Source of the DNA: Anaerolineae bacterium
GTDB lineage: Bacteria; Chloroflexota; Anaerolineae; JAAYZQ01
Reading direction: 5' to 3'
Length of the DNA: 64,000 nucleotides
NCBI GenBank assembly: GCA_034435455.1
Contig: DAOTXL010000102.1
Location: 15,704 to 79,703 of the forward strand
Under the pieces are notes generated by a model. The model worked only from the letters and a program-made list of their open reading frames with translations, made no database searches and had not been told where the DNA came from. Positions 57,696 through 64,000 of this stretch are shown in pieces; position 1 is the first letter of the stretch; each line of letters begins with the position of its first letter. A program made the position numbers and the translations under genes.

Positions 57696-59774
57696 CTACC
57701 CCCCGGCCGTGGCCTGCCAGGCCGAGAGCAGTTCGGCCACGCTCCACGCCTGAGCGACGCAGCCATGCGGGGTAAAAGGCGGATCGCCGTCGAAAATCTC
57801 GCTGATGCTACCCACGCCATGGCTGACCACCTGGCGCAACAGCGGTTCCAGATAGGAGCGCGCCTGGGCCGGGTTGCGATAGACGCGCAGGTGCGCCCGG
57901 ACAAAGGGGCCGATGAGCCAGCCCCAGACTGTGCCCTGGTGATAAGCGGCATCGCGCTGCCGGCGGTCGCCGCCATAGTGGCCGATGTAGGCCGGATGGT
58001 CGGGGGCCAGGCTGCGCAGGCCGTGCGAAGTGAGCAGATGTCGGGCGCAGAGGTCCACCACCGCCCGCTGCTGATCGGCGGTCAACGGGCTGTGGGGCAG
58101 CGATACGGCTAACAACTGGTTGGGGCGCAGCGCCGGATCGTTGCCCTCCGGTCCGTCGAGGAGGTCGTAGCAACAGCCCTTTGCCGGGTTCCAGAAACGG
58201 GCGAACCCGGCAGCGACCCGGTCGGCCAGGGCATCGTACCGTTCGGCCGGCTCGCCCAGGATGCGGGCGAAATCGGCCAGGATGCGCAACGCATTGTACC
58301 ACAGGGCATTGATCTCCACCGGCTTGCCGATGCGCGGCGTAACCACCCAATCGTCCACCCTGGCATCCATCCAGGTGAGTTGCAGGCCCGGCTCGCCGGC
58401 ATAGAGCAGGCCGTCGGCGGGGTCGGCATGGATCTGGTAGCGGGTGCCGCGCAGGTGCCAGGCAACGATCTCCTCCAGGGTGGGGAACAGGCGGCGCAAC
58501 AGAGCCTCGTCGCCCGTGGCCGCGTAGCAGGCGCGGATGGCTTCCAGATACCACAGGGTGGCATCGGCCGTGTTGTATTCGGGCGCTTCGCCCCCATCGG
58601 GGAAGCGGTTGGGCAGCAGGCCCTGATGAACGTGGTGGGCAAAGGTGTCGAGGATGCGCCAGGCAATCTGGTAGCGGCCGGTAACCAAGGTCAGGCCGGG
58701 CAGGCTGATCATCGTGTCGCGGCCCCAGTCGGCAAACCAGGGGTAGCCGGCGATGACCGAGTAGCCCTGTTGTCCGTCGGGCAGTGGGCGGCGGACGATG
58801 AACTGATCGGCAGCCAGCACCAGGTGTTCGATGGCCCGGGGAGCAGCCCGCAGGACAGGCATACGGCCGGCCTCCGCCAGTACCTGCTCTTCGTAGGCCT
58901 GCCGCCCGGCATAGGCGGCCACGCCGTCCAGGTTCGGCGAGGGGTCAACGCTGGCCACCAGGCAGAGCGACTCGCCGGGTTGCAGGGTCCGCTGCAAGGT
59001 AGCGCCGCATAAGAGGTCCTCCGTGGCGATCTGCCCCCGGCGTGCCTCGGCGCTCAGGTAGAGCCCCTCGCACCACTCGTAGGCGGGGATCATCCCGGCA
59101 TCGCGGCTCAGCAGGTAAAACGGCACCGCCCCTGCCGACGCGGTCAGGCGCAGGCCGTGGGCCACCGGCTCGATCTGGAGGGTCCAGTCGCCGGCCCGGG
59201 TGCTGCCGTGATGGTCCCGGTAGTTGACCAGCGCCCGGATGTCCAGGCGCAGTGGGCCACCGGCCCGACGCAGGTCATAGCGAATGTAGGTGGTGTTGGC
59301 CCCTGGCTGCATCCAGATGCGCTTTTCCAGCAAGGCATCGGCGCAGGCAAAGGTCCATACCGGCGTGGTGCCCTCCAGGCGAAAGCGTTCCAGATAGCGG
59401 AAGCCGGTCGGCTCCACCCCGCCTCCGCGCCAGCGGTTGGCAAACAGAGGATAGCTATGGCCGTCGCAGGTAGCCGTCTCGTCCAGTTTGGCCAGCAGGA
59501 GGGTGCGTCCCACCGGCGGTCGGAGGGCAGCGATCAGCAGGCCGTGGTAGCGGCGCGTCAACAACCCGGCGACCGTGCCTGAGGCATAGCCCCCCAGGCC
59601 GTTTGTCACCAGCCATTCGCGCCGTTCGGCGATGGAGAGGTCGCCACACACCTCACGTCCAAAATCGAGGAACTCCCCTCCGCCCTTGCGCTCCATAGCC
59701 AAGCCCCCCGACACCCCGTCGTGGGGAAAAGCCTGCCCGAAAAATCGGTAGGACAGGCTCTGAGAGCATAACAC
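57696..59774 (-). CDS. amylo-alpha-1,6-glucosidase (glycogen debranching enzyme-type) family protein
   Basis: 692 aa. GDE N-terminal beta-sandwich and C-terminal (alpha/alpha)6 region (AGYPWFADWGRDTMISLPGL). Confidence 0.7.
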   Translation of the reverse strand: MLCSQSLSYRFFGQAFPHDGVSGGLAMERKGGGEFLDFGREVCGDLSIAERREWLVTNGLGGYASGTVAGLLTRRYHGLLIAALRPPVGRTLLLAKLDETATCDGHSYPLFANRWRGGGVEPTGFRYLERFRLEGTTPVWTFACADALLEKRIWMQPGANTTYIRYDLRRAGGPLRLDIRALVNYRDHHGSTRAGDWTLQIEPVAHGLRLTASAGAVPFYLLSRDAGMIPAYEWCEGLYLSAEARRGQIATEDLLCGATLQRTLQPGESLCLVASVDPSPNLDGVAAYAGRQAYEEQVLAEAGRMPVLRAAPRAIEHLVLAADQFIVRRPLPDGQQGYSVIAGYPWFADWGRDTMISLPGLTLVTGRYQIAWRILDTFAHHVHQGLLPNRFPDGGEAPEYNTADATLWYLEAIRACYAATGDEALLRRLFPTLEEIVAWHLRGTRYQIHADPADGLLYAGEPGLQLTWMDARVDDWVVTPRIGKPVEINALWYNALRILADFARILGEPAERYDALADRVAAGFARFWNPAKGCCYDLLDGPEGNDPALRPNQLLAVSLPHSPLTADQQRAVVDLCARHLLTSHGLRSLAPDHPAYIGHYGGDRRQRDAAYHQGTVWGWLIGPFVRAHLRVYRNPAQARSYLEPLLRQVVSHGVGSISEIFDGDPPFTPHGCVAQAWSVAELLSAWQATAGG

Positions 59775-59901
59775 ACCTTCCCTGTTTCGTCAAAACCGGT
59801 CCCCCCTCACCCGCGGGCTGAAACAGCCCCAGGACAGCCGGGAACCCCTGACGGGGCCAGGCACCTCCAAGCGATCAGTCCGGATAGTTACGTCAAGCCG
59901 A

Positions 59902-61095
59902 TCAGTCCGGTTGCTCTTCGAGCGTCACCGGGAGGGTCAACTCGCGGTTGCCCCGGTAGAGGGTCAGGGTTACCGTGTCGCCGATAGCCGTCCTGGTTTC
60001 CAGGTAGACGGTCAGGGTTTGCAGGTCGGCGACCGGCTGGCCATCAATGGCAGTGATGATGTCCCCACCCACCGGAAGCTGATAGGGGCCTACCCGCACC
60101 ATCCGGCTCCCGCCCTGGACCCCGGCCCGATCGGCCGGGCTGCCGGACACCACGTCGAGGACCAGCAGGCCCGCATCCACCGGAACGGTGATGCCGGCTT
60201 CGCGCAGGATCCGCGTCGTGGAAGCCGACAGGGGCAGCAGTTCCACGCCCATCCAGGGGTGCGGGTAGCGGCCTTGCTCGATCAGCCGGGGCACGACCCG
60301 TCTGACGGTGTTGGCCGATACGGCAAAGCCGATGCCGGCCGATGCCCCGCTGGGGCTGATGATCTGCGAGTTGACGCCGATGACGTGGCCGTGCAGGTCC
60401 AACATCGGCCCACCCGAGTTGCCGGGGTTGATGGCTGCATCGGTCTGGATCGCCTCACCGATGAAGCGGTTGTCCTCCGGGCTTTCGATCACCCGGCCCA
60501 GGGCGCTGACCACGCCGGTGGTCAGGGTATGTTGCAGGCCAAAGGGGTTGCCGATGGCAACCACGAACTGGCCCACCTGCACCTTGTCGGAATCGCCCAG
60601 GACCAGCGGCGGCGGCAGGTTGTCGCCGGCGTCAATGCGCAACACGGCCAGGTCGTTGGTCGGATCCGACCCCACCACCTCGGCGGGATAGGTCTGGCCG
60701 TTGGCCAGGGTGACCAGCACCTCGTCGGCGCTTTCGATCACGTGATAGTTGGTCACAATGTCGCCCTGCGTGTCGTACACAAACCCGGAACCGGTCCCCT
60801 CCTGGGGCACGGCCCCCATGAAGCGGCTGTAGACATAGCTGCGGTTGGTGACGTTCACCACCGAGGGGCTGGCCCTGTTGTAGACGGCGATGATCTGCGC
60901 CTCCAGCTCATTGGCGGCTTGCTGCTCGTCGAAAGCAGGAGCATCTGGATCGGGCACAGCCGTGGCAGCCGGGCTGACCATTGCCGCTGCCGGACCAACC
61001 GTCACCGTGTCTCGTAGCCCACAACCGATCCCCGCCAACAAGAGCAGACAGATAGCGGCAATCCACACCCTATGCAATTTCAACACTCTTCTCAT
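59902..61095 (-). CDS. htrA: HtrA/DegP-family trypsin-like serine protease with PDZ domain
   Basis: Catalytic triad context TNYHVI (His), D, GNSGGPMLD (Ser). C-terminal PDZ. Signal/TM anchor at the N-terminus. Start ATG 61095 with AGGAGGTG RBS. Confidence 0.8.
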   Translation of the reverse strand: MRRVLKLHRVWIAAICLLLLAGIGCGLRDTVTVGPAAAMVSPAATAVPDPDAPAFDEQQAANELEAQIIAVYNRASPSVVNVTNRSYVYSRFMGAVPQEGTGSGFVYDTQGDIVTNYHVIESADEVLVTLANGQTYPAEVVGSDPTNDLAVLRIDAGDNLPPPLVLGDSDKVQVGQFVVAIGNPFGLQHTLTTGVVSALGRVIESPEDNRFIGEAIQTDAAINPGNSGGPMLDLHGHVIGVNSQIISPSGASAGIGFAVSANTVRRVVPRLIEQGRYPHPWMGVELLPLSASTTRILREAGITVPVDAGLLVLDVVSGSPADRAGVQGGSRMVRVGPYQLPVGGDIITAIDGQPVADLQTLTVYLETRTAIGDTVTLTLYRGNRELTLPVTLEEQPD

Positions 61096-61132
61096 CGTGA
61101 TCACCTCCTGAAACTTTGGCGGCACGGACCGT

Positions 61133-62572
61133 TCACTGCGTCCAGGAGATGGCCCGCTCGCCGGCAAAGGTGTACTCTAATGTCAAGCCTTTCAACTCTG
61201 TGTCGAACAGGGGGCCGGGGTTGCTACCGTCTGCCCCCATGACCCATATCTCCCACCGGCCGGTCTGATTGGTGAGAAAGGCGATGTACCGTCCGTCTGG
61301 TGACCACGCCGGGGAGACGCTGCTGCCCGCCGTGCCGTCGGGCAACGCCGGCGTGTCGGTCAGCCGCCTGGCGTTGCCACCGTCCGCATCCACGACCCAG
61401 ACCTCCCAATGGTCGTGCTGACGCCGGATAAAGGCCACTTTCTTCCCATCGGGCGACCAGGCTGGCGTTGTGTCGGTCCAGTCAGAGGTGAGCTTGTAGG
61501 CCTGCTTGCCATCCGCACTCTGGACCTGGAGCCCATACAGCCCGTTGAACACGACCTGATCCCCCGTCGGCGACCAATCGGGCGTCTGGCTGATTTCCGC
61601 GTTGGGCAGCGGTTCCCAGAAAGTGCCATCGCAGGGGTTGACGACACCCAGCCGCCATGCCTCGGCCCTGGTTTCCGAAGGGCCACCAGGGCTGCCCCCT
61701 GACGGTGGGCGCTTTTGAATGCCGGGGCCGGGTGGACCCCCTCCTCTCGGCAGTGTGCCGTGCTGCCGGGTGAAGACGATCTGGGTTCCGTCGGACGACC
61801 AGGAAGGATGTCGTGCCTCGGTCCAGTCAAAAACGCGCCGCTCCCCCGCTCCATCAGCATTGACCACCCATACGCCGCGTGGTTCCTCCCACCGCACGAA
61901 GGCGATCTGGCTGCCATCGGGCGACCACACCGGATCGATGCCGGTGGTGATGCGCTGCAGGCCGGTGCCGTCGGCGTTGATGGCGTAGAACGGCCCGCCG
62001 TAGGTCGTCTGGAAGAGGATCTTGCCGGTGAGTTTCGCAGCTATAGTCGCCTTGGGCTGCGACCGGACCACGGGAGTGGGCGTGGGCGTAGAGGTTGTTT
62101 TGGTCAGCAATGCCCCGCTGCCGCTCACCTGGAGCCGGTAGTAGCTCGTCCCCGTCTGATTGGCTGTGCGTTCGACAACGACAGAATAGTCGCCCGCCTC
62201 GGGAAAGCTGCCGCGCCACACCAGGGTACCCGGGGCATAGGGATCGCTCGAGGCCCGACCGACCGGCTCAACGCGCCATCCGTCGGCAAGACGCTGCATC
62301 TGGTCCGGTGTCCACACAGCCAGGGTCGCGCTGCCCTCCGGCGTGGCCTGGAGCCGCAGCTCGATCGGCGAGCGGTCGCCGGCATAATGCAGGGTGTACC
62401 AGATGCTTGCTCCAGCACTGAGCGCCTCCCATTCGCCATCCTGCGTCGCTGTCGAGTCGGACGCCGAGGCGCCGGTCAGGCCCAAGACCGGGCCGAACGC
62501 GACCACGGTGATCAGGACCAGGAAAATGCCCGGCATACGATCCTGCTTATGTCTCATCCTGGTTACCTCCAA
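61133..62572 (-). CDS. secreted PD40 (TolB-like) beta-propeller repeat protein
   Basis: Signal peptide, then at least 5 WSPDG-type PD40 repeats (WSPDGSQIAF, WSSDGTQIVF, WSPTGDQVVF, WSPDGKKVAF, WSPDGRYIAF). Confidence 0.65.
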   Translation of the reverse strand: MEVTRMRHKQDRMPGIFLVLITVVAFGPVLGLTGASASDSTATQDGEWEALSAGASIWYTLHYAGDRSPIELRLQATPEGSATLAVWTPDQMQRLADGWRVEPVGRASSDPYAPGTLVWRGSFPEAGDYSVVVERTANQTGTSYYRLQVSGSGALLTKTTSTPTPTPVVRSQPKATIAAKLTGKILFQTTYGGPFYAINADGTGLQRITTGIDPVWSPDGSQIAFVRWEEPRGVWVVNADGAGERRVFDWTEARHPSWSSDGTQIVFTRQHGTLPRGGGPPGPGIQKRPPSGGSPGGPSETRAEAWRLGVVNPCDGTFWEPLPNAEISQTPDWSPTGDQVVFNGLYGLQVQSADGKQAYKLTSDWTDTTPAWSPDGKKVAFIRRQHDHWEVWVVDADGGNARRLTDTPALPDGTAGSSVSPAWSPDGRYIAFLTNQTGRWEIWVMGADGSNPGPLFDTELKGLTLEYTFAGERAISWTQ

Positions 62573-62582
62573 ATTTGCCCCC

Positions 62583-63332
62583 CTAGTGTGCCGCCCGCTG
62601 CGTCAGCAGATCCACCAACGGCTTGACCAGAAAGGTGAAGGGCTCCGAGCTTCCGCCGCCCTGTCGAAAGCCACCGACCGGCATGCCGCCGGCCTCGGCG
62701 GTGGCGCGCAGGGAGGCGCGCTGTTCCTCGGTGAGATTGCCAAGACCTGGCCCACCCTGCCCGCCGCTAAAGCCACCGGCTTCAGCGGTGGCGCGGAAGG
62801 CCTGCCGCTGGGCGTCGGTCATGTTTCCGGGCGCGCCTGAGCCTTGTCCGCCCTGGGGGCTGCCACCGGCCTGGTCCGTGCCCATCGCTCCAGATGGCGG
62901 TCCCATCACCAGGCCACTGACCCGGGCATAGTCCGTGACGTCCTGGACGGTAAGTTGCATAGCGGCAATGGCCTGAAGCTGATCGGCTTTCATGGCTTTT
63001 TCGATCTGTTTCAGGACGGCGCTGACCTCGGCGTCGGTCCGGGCCGCGCCGTTCTGGATGGCCTGCCACAGGGGCAGGAGTGCCCTGGCCTGCTCCGGCG
63101 TCACGGCGTTCGGCGTCCCCTCCAGTTTGAGTATGCCGAGGGCCAGTTGGGTGCTGGCCGGCAGGGCGTTCGGATAGGTCGTCACCAACACCGCGCTGGT
63201 GTAGGTCTGCGGCGTCGCCGTCGCTTCGCCAGCCTGCCCGGCGGTAAAGACCGAGCGAACTTCCTGGACGCTGCATCCGGCCAAGGCGCCGGCCAACAGG
63301 ATCAAAACCACCGCTATCTTGTGCCGCTTCAT
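62583..63332 (-). CDS. hypothetical lipoprotein with Gly/Gln-rich internal repeats
   Basis: Start ATG 63332 gives MKRHKIAVVLILLAGALAGC (lipobox). Two internal repeats (Q/E)QRxxxRATAEAGG(F/M)(S/P)(G/V)G. Confidence 0.5.
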   Translation of the reverse strand: MKRHKIAVVLILLAGALAGCSVQEVRSVFTAGQAGEATATPQTYTSAVLVTTYPNALPASTQLALGILKLEGTPNAVTPEQARALLPLWQAIQNGAARTDAEVSAVLKQIEKAMKADQLQAIAAMQLTVQDVTDYARVSGLVMGPPSGAMGTDQAGGSPQGGQGSGAPGNMTDAQRQAFRATAEAGGFSGGQGGPGLGNLTEEQRASLRATAEAGGMPVGGFRQGGGSSEPFTFLVKPLVDLLTQRAAH

Positions 63333-63439
63333 GTTCGATTCTCCCCCTCTGATTCTGATTTCCCTGCCTCGAAAATCGCCTGTGGGGCAACTGCTTGCCG
63401 GTGGTGAGCCGGGGATCATGGTAACCACCTCCTCCCTCT

Positions 63440-64000
63440 CTACTCCCGCCTGAGGGCTTCGATGGGATCCAACTGGGCGGCCCGGCTGGCCGGGTAGTAG
63501 CCGAAAAAGATGCCCACTACCGCCGCTGCGGCAAAGGCCAGCGGGATCGAGGCCGGCACCAGAGCGGTAGTCAGCGTGCCCAGGGCATTAAAGAGATAGG
63601 ATCCTGCCACGCCGAACCCCACCCCGGCCAGCCCCCCCATCAGGCTCAGCACCAGCGCCTCCAACAGGAATTGCCGCCGCACGTCGCGCGGACGAGCGCC
63701 CAGTGCCTGGCGCAGGCCGATCTCTCGCGTCCGTTCGGCGATGCTGACCAGCATGATGTTCATAATGCCGATGCCGCCCACGACGAGGGACACCGCCGCC
63801 ACCCAGGCCAGCAGGTTGCGAAAGGTGGCCGTGGTCGAGGCCTGGGCATTGATGATGCTATCCTGGGTGACCAGGCTAAAGCCGGGGGCTGCTTCGTTGG
63901 TGCCGTGGCGCTCCATCAGCAGGTTGCTCACCTGCGACATCACACTCTGCATCTGCTCCCGGCTTTTGGCCGAGACATAGAGGGTCCTCACCTCATTGCC
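63440..64000 (-). CDS. ABC transporter permease, FtsX/MacB-type (3' part; gene continues beyond window)
   Basis: C-terminal FtsX-like TM bundle IGIMNIMLVSIAERTREIGL..ALGA. The ORF is open at the window edge. Confidence 0.6.
   Translation of the reverse strand, partial: GNEVRTLYVSAKSREQMQSVMSQVSNLLMERHGTNEAAPGFSLVTQDSIINAQASTTATFRNLLAWVAAVSLVVGGIGIMNIMLVSIAERTREIGLRQALGARPRDVRRQFLLEALVLSLMGGLAGVGFGVAGSYLFNALGTLTTALVPASIPLAFAAAAVVGIFFGYYPASRAAQLDPIEALRRE

Noticed and set aside
1-64000. tRNA, rRNA, transposase or integrase genes
   Set aside because: Scanned all intergenic regions of at least 80 nt. No cloverleaf-like GTTCGA/TPsiC-type segments, no rRNA-like conserved blocks, and no DDE/tyrosine-recombinase motifs found.

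Overview
This is a high-GC (about 65%) bacterial chromosomal segment with genes packed on both strands. Gene content, the many GTG starts and the T-box leader are most consistent with a Chloroflexota-type genome. That taxonomic placement is an inference from gene content, not a search result.

I can support about 55 protein-coding genes:
- Tandem paralogous polytopic membrane proteins, possibly GT-C-like.
- A 3-subunit 2-oxoacid:ferredoxin oxidoreductase.
- A purine block: purA, adenine deaminase and hpt.
- argS, polA, cinA and acpS.
- A duplicated two-gene unit, each copy a UDP-glucose dehydrogenase plus an M16 peptidase.
- Two MBL-fold hydrolases and an RNase H-like protein.
- A T-box leader controlling an unknown 326-aa ORF plus a free-standing AlaX-type editing-domain protein, directly upstream of ileS, a DksA/TraR zinc-finger gene, lspA and rluD.
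- A polyphosphate module: two PPK2 paralogs with oppositely charged tails and a CYTH-CHAD protein.
- A dynamin-like GTPase, two radical SAM proteins and a DEDD exonuclease.
- murE, an LctP-like permease, then a TtuB-like sulfur carrier, a hemerythrin and TtuA.
- An exonuclease-DinG helicase.
- A PqqD-family (RRE-like) protein, a candidate 54-aa peptide and an 'uncharacterised nucleotidyltransferase', all on one strand.
- A DUF2270-like membrane protein, a glycogen debranching-type glucosidase, HtrA, a PD40 beta-propeller protein, a lipoprotein and a partial FtsX-type permease.

I found no rRNA, tRNA, CRISPR array or transposase. Several near-consensus sigma70 promoters (TTGACR, 17 nt, TATACT/TATAAT) are visible. 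A family of C/T-rich palindromic or tandem intergenic repeats recurs at several loci. Because of the GC content there are many long antisense shadow ORFs, which I ignored.
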